This document shows, in pieces, positions 49,164-59,439 of a stretch of DNA of 64,000 bases. How positions within the stretch are numbered: the stretch's first letter is position 1; the number at the start of each line of letters is the position of its first letter. Below the pieces are notes generated by a model. That model was not told where the DNA came from. It was given only the letters and a program-made list of their open reading frames with translations, and made no database searches. This stretch comes from Geminicoccus sp. (GTDB taxonomy: Bacteria > Pseudomonadota > Alphaproteobacteria > UBA7985), in contig PAPT01000032.1 in assembly GCA_002708995.1 (NCBI GenBank), positions 100,039-164,038 of the forward strand, written 5' to 3'. Made by a program: the position numbers and the translations under genes.

Positions 49164-50249
49164 ATGGCCCAGGTACAAGCTGAAATCATTCTCCCCACGC
49201 AGGAACTCCGCGACGACATCCCCTTTTTCCAGAAGGTTCTGGGGATGCGCATGGATACCATTTTTCCCGCTGATGACCCGTCGGTGGCGGTGTTTTCCGG
49301 GCACGGCCTGCGGGTGCGGGTGGACAAGGACGCGACCACGCAGCCAGGCAAGATCCGAATTCTGGCCGAAGACCCCGAGACCTTTGCCGACGGCGCGACT
49401 AGCCTGACCGCGCCCAATGGCACCGAGATTGAAATTGCGCCGCTGAACCCGCCGCTGATCATGCCGGAGACCCAGCACAGCTTCATGGTGCGCCGGTTGG
49501 CGGATCAGGCGCCTTGGGTCATCGGGCGCGCGGGCATGCACTATCGCGATCTGATCCCCGACCGCCTTGGTGGCTCCATCATCGCCAGCCATATCCGCAT
49601 TCCCGATGGCGGACCGGTGCCGGATTCCGTGCACTACCACACCGTCGGATTCCAGCTAATCTTCTGCTACCGGGGCTGGGTCGATCTGATCTACGAGGAT
49701 CAGGGCGAGCCCTTCCGCCTGTTCGCCGGGAATTGCGTGATCCAGCCACCTGAAATCCGTCATCAGGTGCTTTACGCCAGCGATAATATCGAGGTGATCG
49801 AGATCGGCGTACCGGCCGAGCACGTCACCACGCTGGACCACAGCATGAAGCTGCCGACCCCGGACTTCCGCCCAGACCGGGAGTTTCAGGGCCAGCGCTT
49901 TGTGCATCACCGGGCCGAAGACGCGGCGTGGCAGGACTTCCGTATCCCCGGGTTCATCTCCCGCGACACCACCATCGCCGCCAACACCAAAAACGTCGCC
50001 GGGGTTGAGGTCGTGCGATCCAAGGGCACGCCGACACAGGCGACCCGGCATACCAGCGACATCCTGTTCACCTTCGTGATGGAAGGCGGGATGACGCTGC
50101 TGGGTGAGGACGGGGCTTCCCACCGGCTGTCGTCGGGTGACGCCTTCGTGGTGCCGCCGGACATGGTTACGACCTACAGTGAGCCGAGCGAAGACCTCGA
50201 ACTGCTCGAAGTTTCCCTGCCCGGTGCCTTCGAAACGCATCTTGCCTAG
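49164..50249 (+). CDS. VOC/glyoxalase-like plus double cupin domain protein
   Basis: N-terminal FF..VLGMR.DTIFPADDP; cupin HYH..GFQLIFC and QPPEIRH; second cupin with GDAFVVPP. Confidence 0.75.
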   Translation: MAQVQAEIILPTQELRDDIPFFQKVLGMRMDTIFPADDPSVAVFSGHGLRVRVDKDATTQPGKIRILAEDPETFADGATSLTAPNGTEIEIAPLNPPLIMPETQHSFMVRRLADQAPWVIGRAGMHYRDLIPDRLGGSIIASHIRIPDGGPVPDSVHYHTVGFQLIFCYRGWVDLIYEDQGEPFRLFAGNCVIQPPEIRHQVLYASDNIEVIEIGVPAEHVTTLDHSMKLPTPDFRPDREFQGQRFVHHRAEDAAWQDFRIPGFISRDTTIAANTKNVAGVEVVRSKGTPTQATRHTSDILFTFVMEGGMTLLGEDGASHRLSSGDAFVVPPDMVTTYSEPSEDLELLEVSLPGAFETHLA

Positions 50250-50305
50250 CGCGGCCTGAGCCGTCAGGCTGGCGCGCATTTCAGCTTGAGGGAGGGCCTG
50301 CGGCG

Positions 50306-51439
50306 ATGAGCGACGTGACCCGCACAGACGTAATCGTGATTGGTGCCGGCATCGCCGGTGCTTCGGCGGCCGACGCGCTGGCGGCGGATTGCAAGGTGGT
50401 GCTGCTCGAACGCGAGCCCCAGCCCGGCTATCACACCACCGGGCGGTCGGCGGCGCTGTTCGCGCCGGTCTACGGGCCTGCGCCGATCCGGGCGCTGACC
50501 CGCGCTTCGGCAGCCTTCATGTCCAGCCCGCCCGAGGGCTTTGCCGACAGCCCGATCCTGTCGCCGCGCGGCGCGCTGTTCATCGCGCGGGAAGATCAGC
50601 TGCCCGCGATGCAGGAGCTGCACGACGAGCTGCGCGCCGAGGGCAATTTCGAAGAGCTCGACGAGGCTGGAATCCGTGGCCTGCAGCCGCTAGTCAGCGA
50701 GGGCTACGCCGCTGCCGGGCTCTATGACGTGAACTGCGAGGACATCGACGTCGCGACCTTGCATCAGGGGTTTTTGCGCCGCGCCCGCGCCCGGGGTTGC
50801 ACGACAGTGACCAACGCCGAAGTGCTGTCGCTCGAACAGCTCGGCGACGGCTGGGGGGTGCATACCACGGCGGGCCAGTTTGAAGCTCCGCGCGTAGTCA
50901 ACGCCGCCGGTGCCTGGGCCGATGCGTTGGGGCGGATGGCCGGGGTCGAGCCCATCGGGCTGATCCCCAAGCGTCGCACCGCCATGCAGATTGCCGCACC
51001 GGACGGGGCCGAGGTCGGCGGCTGGCCGATCGTGGTGGACGTGCAGGAGGAGTTCTACGTCAAACCCGTCGCCGGGCAGCTGCTGCTGTCGCCGGCCAAC
51101 GAAGACCACGACGTTCCCAGCGACGTTCAGCCCGACGAACTCGACATCGCCATCTGCGTCGACAGGGTCGAGCGCGCCTTCGACTTCCGCGTCGGCCGGA
51201 TTGAGACCCGCTGGGCGGGGCTGCGCAGCTTCGTCGCGGATAAATGCCCGGTCGCAGGCTATTCGGCCGAGGTGCCGGGCTTTTTCTGGCTCGCAGGGCA
51301 GGGGGGCTACGGCATCCAGACTTCCCCCGCGCTGGGGGAGCTGGCCGCGGCCTTGGTGCTGGGCAAGCCGCTGCCGCAGGCCATGGTCGATGAGGGGGTG
51401 GATCTGGCGACCCTTGCGCCGGAACGTCTCTCAGCCTGA
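50306..51439 (+). CDS. FAD-dependent D-amino-acid oxidase/dehydrogenase family protein
   Basis: VIGAGIAG, GYHTTGRSAA, VNAAGAWAD, WAGLRSF, GQGGYGIQT. Confidence 0.88.
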   Translation: MSDVTRTDVIVIGAGIAGASAADALAADCKVVLLEREPQPGYHTTGRSAALFAPVYGPAPIRALTRASAAFMSSPPEGFADSPILSPRGALFIAREDQLPAMQELHDELRAEGNFEELDEAGIRGLQPLVSEGYAAAGLYDVNCEDIDVATLHQGFLRRARARGCTTVTNAEVLSLEQLGDGWGVHTTAGQFEAPRVVNAAGAWADALGRMAGVEPIGLIPKRRTAMQIAAPDGAEVGGWPIVVDVQEEFYVKPVAGQLLLSPANEDHDVPSDVQPDELDIAICVDRVERAFDFRVGRIETRWAGLRSFVADKCPVAGYSAEVPGFFWLAGQGGYGIQTSPALGELAAALVLGKPLPQAMVDEGVDLATLAPERLSA

Positions 51440-51445
51440 CCCCGA

Positions 51446-52405
51446 TCAGGCAAGGCTGTCCTCGCCCTCAAACAGGCTGGGGTCGCGCAGCACCGCCGGG
51501 TCCAGCGCCCCGAGCCGCTCGATCAGCGACAGCACCATGGCAGCGACATCAGCGTGATTGGCGGTCGGCTTTAGCGACTTATCGAGATAGAGGTCGCGGG
51601 AGAGTTCAACCTGCAGCGCATGCACCCCGGCCTTGGGATCGCCGTGGTGCTGGATGATGTATCCCCCGGCGTAGGGCCGGTTCCACTCCACGATCAGCCC
51701 CGAATTCCAGAGCCTGTGCAGCACCGACAGCATCACCGGCTTGGCGCAGCTGGTGCCGAAGCGGTCGCCGAGCACGGCATCGACCGCGCCGGTGGAAAGC
51801 CCCTGTCCCTCGCCCGGGACGTGGCGTAGGCGGAAGGGGTTGCGGTCCCGCCGCAGGCCCCGGGTCGCAGAGGGCGACAGGCTGGGCATCGAATGGCAGT
51901 CGACGAGGATGGCGTGGCCGAACTGCGCGCAGGTCAGCCGCAGTTGCTCGGCCAAGGCTTCGTGGTATGCGCAATGGACCCTGTCCAGCCGCTGCCGGAC
52001 AGAGGCAGCCGACAGTCGCTGGTCGCCATAGATGCTCTGCTTGCCGCCTATCAGTGTCGGCACCACGCCCAGCCCGGCCAGCACGCGCGGTGAGCGGTTT
52101 CGGTGGGGTGGCAGGTCGGTGCCTTCGTCGAACAGGTCGGGGTCGAGCTCGTCCCGGTCGCGGTTCACGTCGCAGTAGGCGCGGCTGTAGCCGCAGACGA
52201 TCAGCGGCACGGACAGCGCTGCGGCCGCAGGCTTGACCAGGTCCAGCACTCCGAAATCTGTCGCCTGCAACAGCACATCGTCGTCGAGCGCGCTGGCCCG
52301 CCGCAGGTCCTCGGGCAGAAAGGTGCCTGCGTGCGGGCAGGACAGCACCACAGGCAGTGATGGCTGTTTGGGCCGGACGACAGACACGGGCGGCGGCGAT
52401 GACAT
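51446..52405 (-). CDS. N-formylglutamate amidohydrolase family protein (second, divergent homologue)
   Basis: SCPHAG, SRAYCDVNR, DCHSMP, LGDRFGTSC, NRPYAGG, ALQVE; start uncertain. Confidence 0.88.
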   Translation of the reverse strand: MSSPPPVSVVRPKQPSLPVVLSCPHAGTFLPEDLRRASALDDDVLLQATDFGVLDLVKPAAAALSVPLIVCGYSRAYCDVNRDRDELDPDLFDEGTDLPPHRNRSPRVLAGLGVVPTLIGGKQSIYGDQRLSAASVRQRLDRVHCAYHEALAEQLRLTCAQFGHAILVDCHSMPSLSPSATRGLRRDRNPFRLRHVPGEGQGLSTGAVDAVLGDRFGTSCAKPVMLSVLHRLWNSGLIVEWNRPYAGGYIIQHHGDPKAGVHALQVELSRDLYLDKSLKPTANHADVAAMVLSLIERLGALDPAVLRDPSLFEGEDSLA

Positions 52406-52534
52406 GGCTGTCACCATAAGCGTGCGACGAAAAACAGGAAGCCGGAAAAAACCCATACCAAGGGATTGCCAAGCTCAAGGCTTGGGGCTAAGCCCCTGGT
52501 TCTGGCGACGGCCCCGGCGGTCCGAGCCTAGGTT

Positions 52535-52609
52535 GGGCGGTTAGCTCAGCGGTAGAGCACCACGTTGACATCGTGGTGGCCACTGGTTCGATCCCAGTAC
52601 CGCCCACCA
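52535..52609 (+). tRNA. tRNA-Val (GAC)
   Basis: GGGCGGT acceptor stem, TAGCTCAGCGGTAGAGC D-arm, anticodon arm CCACG-TTGACAT-CGTGG, GGTTCGATCC T-arm, encoded CCA. Confidence 0.97.
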
Positions 52610-52675
52610 TTTCCCTTTGACATCCCCGGACAGTGCTTCAAACCTCAGGGCTTCAACGTGCAGGGGGATTGCGCT

Positions 52676-54016
52676 GTGTCACGTCTCTGGATCCGGACTC
52701 CGCTGGCCGTCTTCGCCGAGCAGCCCGCTGATGGTGGCATTGTGGTCGAGGGCGGTCGGATCGCCGAGCTGGTGCCAATGGGTGAGATTCCGGTTCATGA
52801 TCAGGTCTATGATGCCAGCGAGCAGGTGCTGATCCCCGGCCTGATCAACACCCACCATCATATGTATCAGACCCTGACGCGGGCGTTGCCCAGCGCGGTG
52901 GACAAGGAGTTGTTCGACTGGCTCAAGGCGCTTTACCCCGTCTGGGCCGGGCTGAGCCCCGATATGGTTTCGGCCAGCAGCGAGCTGGCCATGGCGGAAC
53001 TGCTCCTGTCGGGCTGCACCACGACCACAGATCACCACTACGTGTTTCCGGCCGGGCACGAGGATGCCATCGACCGGCAGGTGGCCGCAGCACAGGCGCT
53101 GGGGATCCGTGTGGTCCTGACCCGGGGGTCGATGAGCCTGTCGGTCGAGGACGGTGGGCTGCCGCCCAAGTCGGTGGTGCAGGACGAGGACAGCATCCTC
53201 GCCGACAGCGCCCGGCTGATCGACCGCTTCCACGACCCCGACCCGCTTGCCATGACACAGATTGCCCTCGCGCCGTGCTCGCCGTTTTCGGTGACCCGGG
53301 GGCTGATGCAGGCTTCGGCCGAACTGGCGCGGGCGCGGGGCGTGCTGCTGCATACGCACCTCTCTGAGACCGAAGACGAGAATGCCTTTTGCGAAGCGAC
53401 CTTCGGCTGCCGTCCGCTGGATTATGTCGAGGACTGCGGCTGGCTGGAGACCAAGGCCTGGTACGCTCATGGCGTGCACTTCAACGCCGATGAGCGCGAC
53501 CGACTGGCGCGCGCCGGGGCAGGGGTCGCGTCCTGCAGCCATTCCAATATGCATCTGGCCAGCGGGATCTGCTCGGCCTGCGAGCTGGAGACCGCCGGTG
53601 TCGGTGTTGGGCTGGGCGTCGATGGTTCGGCCTCCAACGATGCGTCGAACATGATGCAGGAGGTGCGCGCGGCCTGGCTGCTACAGCGGCTGAAGTACGG
53701 TTCAGCGGCGGTGTCGTGGCGCGATGCACTGCGCTGGGGAACGGCCGGGTCGGCGGCGCTGCTTGGCCGCGATGCGCTGGGCCGGATTGCACCGGGCATG
53801 GCGGCGGACCTCGCGCTGTTCCGGCTGGATGAGCCGCGTTTCAGCGGGGCCGGAGATCCGCTGGCGGCACTGGTGGTCTGTGGCGCGCACCGGGCCGAGG
53901 CGGTCATGGTTGCCGGCGAATGGCGGGTGAAAGCGGGCGCGCTGGTGGGCGCTAATCTGGACGGCATCATGGCGCGCCACCGGGGGGCTGCATCGGCGCT
54001 GCAGTCTGGTCTCTGA
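52676..54016 (+). CDS. 8-oxoguanine deaminase-like amidohydrolase
   Basis: PGLINTHHHMYQTLTR, DHHYVFP, APCSPFSV, HTHL.ET, GLGVDGSASND. Confidence 0.88.
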   Translation: MSRLWIRTPLAVFAEQPADGGIVVEGGRIAELVPMGEIPVHDQVYDASEQVLIPGLINTHHHMYQTLTRALPSAVDKELFDWLKALYPVWAGLSPDMVSASSELAMAELLLSGCTTTTDHHYVFPAGHEDAIDRQVAAAQALGIRVVLTRGSMSLSVEDGGLPPKSVVQDEDSILADSARLIDRFHDPDPLAMTQIALAPCSPFSVTRGLMQASAELARARGVLLHTHLSETEDENAFCEATFGCRPLDYVEDCGWLETKAWYAHGVHFNADERDRLARAGAGVASCSHSNMHLASGICSACELETAGVGVGLGVDGSASNDASNMMQEVRAAWLLQRLKYGSAAVSWRDALRWGTAGSAALLGRDALGRIAPGMAADLALFRLDEPRFSGAGDPLAALVVCGAHRAEAVMVAGEWRVKAGALVGANLDGIMARHRGAASALQSGL

Positions 54017-54341
54017 GGCGTCTCGCTCCCGGGGGCTCGTGGTGATCCTGCACTGAATTTATGCTGACTCACCAACGCCTCGACGCTGATCTCTTCAAAT
54101 GCGGGGTGCGCTCTGGCTGATCGATCTGCGGTCATTGATGGCCAGTGGTCTAGGGTCGTTGCGCTTCAGCACGAAACTGTGGCGCAAACGGACAAACGAT
54201 AATGAGACCTAAGTTGCACGTTTGCGTCGACAATTTGCTTTCGATGCCCTATTTGAACGCCTTGCTTTTGTGCAGGCTCGTGACGGGCGCTGCGGATGCA
54301 GGGCAAGGCGTCACAACTCACTCTGGCCGACAAGACGGATT

Positions 54342-55118
54342 ATGAACACAACGCCGACGTTGCAAGTAGAGAACCTCGTTAAGACCTACGGGGGTGTCCA
54401 GGCGGTCCGGGGGGTCAGTTTTGACGTCATGCCGCAGACCATTGTCGGCCTGATCGGGCCCAACGGTGCGGGCAAGACCACGACCTTCAACATGATCGCA
54501 GGCGCGGAGACGCCGACCGAGGGCCGTGTCTGGTTCGACGGCACGGAAATCACCGGCAAGCCCACCGACCAGCTCTACGATCGCGGCATCGTCCGCACGT
54601 TCCAGCTCAGTCACGAGTACGGAAAGATGACCGCGCTGGAGAACCTGATGGTCGCCGGGGCCAACCAGCCGGGCGAGAACATCTTCATGAACTGGATTGC
54701 TCCCGGTGCTGTGCGCAGGCGTGAGCGCGACGTCCATGAGCGCGCCGAAGATACGCTGGCGTTTCTGGGCCTGACCCACGTGACCAACGAGTTGGCCGGC
54801 AACCTGTCCGGCGGGCAGAAGAAGCTGCTGGAGCTGGGCCGGACGATGATGACCGACGCCAAACTGGTGTTGCTCGACGAGCCCGGGGCCGGGGTGAACC
54901 CGACCCTGATGCTCAAGGTCATCGACATGATCCGGCGCCTGAATGAAGAGCGCGGATACACATTTTGCATCATTGAACACGACATGGATCTGATCGCCGA
55001 TCTCTGCGACACGGTGGTGGTGCTGGCTGAAGGCCAGGTGCTGACCCGCGGCCCCATGTCCGACGTGCGCACTGACGAGCGTGTGATCGATGCTTATTTC
55101 GGCGGAGACGTGGTTTGA
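54342..55118 (+). CDS. Branched-chain amino acid-type ABC transporter ATPase (LivG-like)
   Basis: GPNGAGKTT, RTFQ, LSGGQKKLLELGR, IEHDM. Confidence 0.92.
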   Translation: MNTTPTLQVENLVKTYGGVQAVRGVSFDVMPQTIVGLIGPNGAGKTTTFNMIAGAETPTEGRVWFDGTEITGKPTDQLYDRGIVRTFQLSHEYGKMTALENLMVAGANQPGENIFMNWIAPGAVRRRERDVHERAEDTLAFLGLTHVTNELAGNLSGGQKKLLELGRTMMTDAKLVLLDEPGAGVNPTLMLKVIDMIRRLNEERGYTFCIIEHDMDLIADLCDTVVVLAEGQVLTRGPMSDVRTDERVIDAYFGGDVV

Positions 55119-55169
55119 CCCAAGATTTGTATCGGACACCACTGCGCTTCGATGGGAGGTCGCCGCAGC

Positions 55170-55892
55170 ATGGCTGAAGCCAAGAAAGTACTGGAACTGA
55201 GCGACATTCATGCGGGCTATGGAGACACCGACATTCTCCACGGCATCAACATGCACGTCTGCGACGACGAGGTCGTGGTGGTCATTGGTCCCAACGGCGC
55301 GGGTAAGTCCACGGCCGTGAAGGCGATTCTGGGCCTTCTCAACATCCGCAAGGGCGACGTGCTGCTCAACGAGCAGGTGATTACCGGCACCCCACCGGAG
55401 AAGGTGATCAACCAGCGCGTCAGCTACGTGCCCCAGACCCACAACGTGTTCGTGAGCCTGACGGTTCAGGAAAACCTCGAAATGGGGGCCTGGACCGTGC
55501 CCGAGGGCATGAACGACCGCATCGAACGCATGTACGAGATGTTCCCCGATCTGGCGGAAAAGCGGCGGCAGGCCGCGGGTTCGCTGTCGGGCGGTCAGCG
55601 GCAAATGGTAGCCATGGCCAAGGCGCTGATGGTTGACCCGGAAGTACTGCTGCTCGATGAACCGACGGCGGGCCTTTCACCGCTGTATCGCTCGGTGATT
55701 TTTTCGGCTGTGCAGTCGATCAAGGACAACGGCGTGCCGGTGCTGATGGTCGAGCAGAATGCCAAGCAGGCGCTCGGCGTTGCCGATCGCGGCTACGTCC
55801 TCGTTGACGGCAGCAATCGCCACACCGGCACGGGCCAGGAGCTCCGCGAAGACCCCGAGGTCGCGCGCATGTTCCTCGGCGCCCGGGATTAG
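55170..55892 (+). CDS. ABC transporter ATPase (LivF-like)
   Basis: GPNGAGKST, AGSLSGGQRQM, LLLDEPTAGLSP, VEQNA. Confidence 0.92.
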   Translation: MAEAKKVLELSDIHAGYGDTDILHGINMHVCDDEVVVVIGPNGAGKSTAVKAILGLLNIRKGDVLLNEQVITGTPPEKVINQRVSYVPQTHNVFVSLTVQENLEMGAWTVPEGMNDRIERMYEMFPDLAEKRRQAAGSLSGGQRQMVAMAKALMVDPEVLLLDEPTAGLSPLYRSVIFSAVQSIKDNGVPVLMVEQNAKQALGVADRGYVLVDGSNRHTGTGQELREDPEVARMFLGARD

Positions 55893-55908
55893 GGGGAGGA
55901 TCGCGACC

Positions 55909-56925
55909 ATGTGGGACGCCTTTGGCTTCGAGTTCATCAACTTCTACCTGATCCCCGGGCTGGTGCTTGGCTGCATCTACGCGCTGGGCGCGATCGGGAT
56001 CACCCTGACCTTCGGCATCCTGCGCTTCGCCAACTTCGCCCACGGTGAGGTGATGATGAGCAGTGCCTATCTGACCTACACCTTCATGGCGCTGGCCGCC
56101 GGGCTGGGGTTCAGCGTGGTGCCGCTGGTCGCGGCCATCCCCGCGGCGGTGTTGACCATCGGGATCGCCCTGGTGATCGACCGGTTCTTCTATCGACCGT
56201 TCCGCAAGAGCGAGACGATCATCATCGTCATGGCCAGCTTTGGCATGATGCTGATGGTGCGCGCGCTGGTGCCGGTTATCTGGGGCCCGAACCAGATCAC
56301 CTTCGTCCGGGGCATCACCCCGATGAAACCCTATCTGGACGGCATGCTGCTGGTGCAGGACAAGCAGTGGCTGATCGTTATGGGGACGATCGTGGTCATG
56401 ACCGTGTTCAGCCTGATCATGAACTACACCCGCATCGGCAAGGCCATGCGCGCGGTTTCCGACAGCCCGGATCTGGCGCGGGTGACGGGCATCAACGTTG
56501 AGACGGTGATTCGTGCAACCTGGATCATCGGTGGTTTCTGTGCTGCCGTGGCCGGGGTGTTCCTGGCCATGAACACCCAGCAGCTTTCCGTGACCATGGG
56601 CTTCCGCATGCTGCTGCCCATGTTTGCTGCCGCGATCCTTGGCGGGATCGGCCGGCCCGTGGGCGCCATCGTGGGCGGCATGGTCATCGGCCTCGCGGAG
56701 GAGCTGATCGCCTACCCCTGGCAGGGTGCGGTCATGCAGGTGGTCTGGTGGTTCTCCGAGGTTATCAATGCAACCGGCATGACCGAGTGGGCTAAGGCCG
56801 TGCACAAGGAAGTGCGCAGCACGCCGCTACTCAGCCCCGGCTACAAGGCCGGTGTTGCTTTCGGGATCATGGTGATCATGCTGATCGTCCGTCCGGCCGG
56901 GCTGTTCAAAGGGAGGGTGTTCTAG
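55909..56925 (+). CDS. ABC transporter permease (LivH-like)
   Basis: YALGAIGITL.FGILRFANFAHG, GKAMRAV, AAILGGIG. Confidence 0.92.
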   Translation: MWDAFGFEFINFYLIPGLVLGCIYALGAIGITLTFGILRFANFAHGEVMMSSAYLTYTFMALAAGLGFSVVPLVAAIPAAVLTIGIALVIDRFFYRPFRKSETIIIVMASFGMMLMVRALVPVIWGPNQITFVRGITPMKPYLDGMLLVQDKQWLIVMGTIVVMTVFSLIMNYTRIGKAMRAVSDSPDLARVTGINVETVIRATWIIGGFCAAVAGVFLAMNTQQLSVTMGFRMLLPMFAAAILGGIGRPVGAIVGGMVIGLAEELIAYPWQGAVMQVVWWFSEVINATGMTEWAKAVHKEVRSTPLLSPGYKAGVAFGIMVIMLIVRPAGLFKGRVF

Positions 56926-58017
56926 ATGTTTGAGTGGCTGCTCAGCGACCAGATGGTCGGCAACATGCTCTACGTGAACAGCCTGCTGCTCATGGGGGGG
57001 ATCTACGCCCTTATGTGCCTGGGTCTGAACGTGCAGTGGGGCTTTACCGGCCTGTTCAACGCCGGGATCGCCGGGTTCGCGGCCGTTGGGGCCTATACCT
57101 ACGCGATCCTGACAACCTTTGCTTCCGGCATGCATATCGGCGGGTACGAACTGCCGATCTGGGTCGGCATGCTCGCCGCCATGATCACCAGTGGGATTAT
57201 CGCGCTAGCGATCGGGGCAATCTGTATCCGCCTGCGTGCGGACTACCTTGCCATCGCGACCATCGGCATCGCGGAGATCATCAAGCTGATCCTCAAAAAC
57301 GAGACCGCCATTACCAACGGCCCGCGCGGCGTTGCGAAAATCCCGCGCAGCTGGGAGCACCTTGGCGATGCCCGTGTGGCTGAAAAGCTGCCTTGGCGGC
57401 TGTTCGGTGAGCCTTCGGCCTACGAGGGCTTTTTCCGGGAATGGTACCCGCTGCTGTTCATGCTGACCGTGGTCGGTTTTGTGTTGCTGGTTTATCTGGC
57501 GCTGGAGATTGCGCGTACCTCGCCCTGGGGCCGGGTGATGACGGCGATTCGTGAAAATGAGGCTGCCGCCCGCGCTGCGGGAAAGAACGTGACCCGGCTG
57601 CGGATCGAATCCTTCGTGGTCGGCGCTGTCATTATAGGACTCGCGGGCGCATTTTACGCGCAGCAACTGCGGTTTATTGAACCTACCAACGCCTTTGACC
57701 CCACTAAATTGACCTTCCTTGTGTGGGTTATGTTGATCATGGGCGGCAGTGGGAATAACCGTGGCGCAGTCTTGGGTGGACTGATGCTCTGGGTGATATG
57801 GTCGGGAACGGAGCTGGTTATTCGCTTCGGCGCCAATGTTGTTGGCGATATTTTCCCCGATTTGTCGCCCAGTGTACTGGTCACCAAAGCAAGTTTCTTG
57901 CGCCTGTTCCTGATCGGGCTGATACTTCAGTTCGTCTTGCAGAGATTCCCGAAAGGGATACTACCCGAGGTGCGTCCCGCTGCCCTTGGGGGAAAAACCA
58001 ACGAAGTGCGGGACTAA
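56926..58017 (+). CDS. ABC transporter permease (LivM-like)
   Basis: GLNVQWGFTGLFNAG, RLRADYLAIAT, SPWGR...AIRENE.AA.A.G. Confidence 0.92.
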   Translation: MFEWLLSDQMVGNMLYVNSLLLMGGIYALMCLGLNVQWGFTGLFNAGIAGFAAVGAYTYAILTTFASGMHIGGYELPIWVGMLAAMITSGIIALAIGAICIRLRADYLAIATIGIAEIIKLILKNETAITNGPRGVAKIPRSWEHLGDARVAEKLPWRLFGEPSAYEGFFREWYPLLFMLTVVGFVLLVYLALEIARTSPWGRVMTAIRENEAAARAAGKNVTRLRIESFVVGAVIIGLAGAFYAQQLRFIEPTNAFDPTKLTFLVWVMLIMGGSGNNRGAVLGGLMLWVIWSGTELVIRFGANVVGDIFPDLSPSVLVTKASFLRLFLIGLILQFVLQRFPKGILPEVRPAALGGKTNEVRD

Positions 58018-58037
58018 CGTCTTTGGAGGAAATACCC

Positions 58038-59276
58038 ATGAAAAAGACTCTTCTGGTAAGCGCAGCGGTAATGGCTTTCGCCTCTGTGGCTTCCGCTCAG
58101 GTCAAAGTCGGTAACCCGATGGCCGTTACCGGCCCGATCCCGGACCTCGTCGCCCCCATGGTTGACGCGGTTAACCTCGCTGTTGCTCACGTGAACGAGC
58201 AGGGTGGCGTTCTGGGTCAAGAATACGTAATGGTCGCTGCCGACTCTGGCTGTGATCCGGCTGCTGCCGTCGACGCCGTCACCAAGCTGGTGAACGTTGA
58301 TCAGGTTTCCGCCCTCATCGGTCCGGTTTGTTCCGGCGCCACCATCGCACAGGCGACCTCGGTTGCTATTCCTGCTGGTGTTGTGACCCTGTCCGTTTCT
58401 GCTTCTTCGCCAGCGATTTCCACGCTGGAAGAAGGCACTGACCTGGTCTTCCGTACCGCTGCTTCCGATGCTTACCAGGGTGTTGCTCTGGCTGAGCTGG
58501 CTATGGCTTCCGGCATCAGCGATATCGCTGTTTCCTACGCTCAGGACGACTACAACGCTGCTCTGGCAGCTGTATTCGCCGAGGCCTTTGCTGCAATGGG
58601 CGGCAACGTCACCGCGAACGAAGCACATGAGCCGGATAAGGCTTCCTACCGTTCTGAAGTTGCCACCATGGGCTCCACCTCCGACAACCTCGCGCTGTTC
58701 GCGTACTACGGTTCCGGCGGTATCACCCTGATGCGTAACGCTTTGGAAACCGGCGCGTTCTCGACCTTCATCGGTGCTGACGGCATGCTGTCTCAGGAAA
58801 CCATCGACCAGATCGGTGGCGAGAACATGGGTGCTGCAACCTTCACCACCTCTGCTTCTGACCCAAGCCGTGACGCCTTCCAGGCGTGGGCTGCGCTGGC
58901 TGAAGCTGCTGGTGTACCAGCGTCCGATCCGTTCGTTGCGAACTCCTACGATGCAGCCTTCATGATGGCTCTGGCGATCGAAGCGGCTGGCTCTGCTGAC
59001 CGTGACGGTATCGCTGCTGGCCTGCGGGCGATCTCCGGCCCAGACGGCGAAACTATCCTGCCGGGTGAGTTCGCTAAGGCGAAGGAAATCCTCGCTGCTG
59101 GTGGTTCTATCAACTACGACGGCGGTTCTGGCCCACAGGACTTCGATGGTAACGGCGACGTTGCTGGTTTCTTCAGCGCGAACGTTGTCGTGCCGAAGGG
59201 TTCCGAGACCAAGCTGACCATTGGCTCCAAGTCCTACGACCCTGAGTACGTGTGGTCATCGACGCTGCTGAACTAA
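58038..59276 (+). CDS. ABC transporter substrate-binding protein (LivK/J-like)
   Basis: GGAGG RBS, signal peptide, VNEQGG, GPVCSG, FRTAASD, YDAA, INYDGGSG. Confidence 0.92.
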   Translation: MKKTLLVSAAVMAFASVASAQVKVGNPMAVTGPIPDLVAPMVDAVNLAVAHVNEQGGVLGQEYVMVAADSGCDPAAAVDAVTKLVNVDQVSALIGPVCSGATIAQATSVAIPAGVVTLSVSASSPAISTLEEGTDLVFRTAASDAYQGVALAELAMASGISDIAVSYAQDDYNAALAAVFAEAFAAMGGNVTANEAHEPDKASYRSEVATMGSTSDNLALFAYYGSGGITLMRNALETGAFSTFIGADGMLSQETIDQIGGENMGAATFTTSASDPSRDAFQAWAALAEAAGVPASDPFVANSYDAAFMMALAIEAAGSADRDGIAAGLRAISGPDGETILPGEFAKAKEILAAGGSINYDGGSGPQDFDGNGDVAGFFSANVVVPKGSETKLTIGSKSYDPEYVWSSTLLN

Positions 59277-59323
59277 GTCAGCAGACTGTCCTTTGAGGCG
59301 TTGGGTGCGTTCCCGGCGCTGAA

Positions 59324-59367
59324 GCGGCGCTGGTCCTCGTTAGGGGGTCAGCGCCGTTTTCTTTTTT
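59324..59367 (+). terminator. Intrinsic terminator after the ABC operon
   Basis: GCGGCGCTGGTCCTC-GTTA-GGGGGTCAGCGCCGT followed by TTTCTTTTTT. Confidence 0.85.
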
Positions 59368-59390
59368 GGGGGGCGACCTGTTGCGCAGGG

Positions 59391-59439
59391 TGCGCGTGGG
59401 AGATTTGAAAGCCGCGAAGCGGCGTCAAATCGAGCGCGC
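59391..59439 (+). repeat. REP-like palindromic element A, left copy
   Basis: TGCGCGTGGGAGATTTGAAAGCCGCGAAGCGGCGTCAAATCGAGCGCGC; 46/49 identical to the reverse complement of 62363-62411. Confidence 0.85.

Noticed and set aside
52565..52675. N-terminal extension of the deaminase ORF overlapping the tRNA
   Set aside because: ORF-caller artefact; GTG at 52676 has an RBS and fits the expected family N-terminus.
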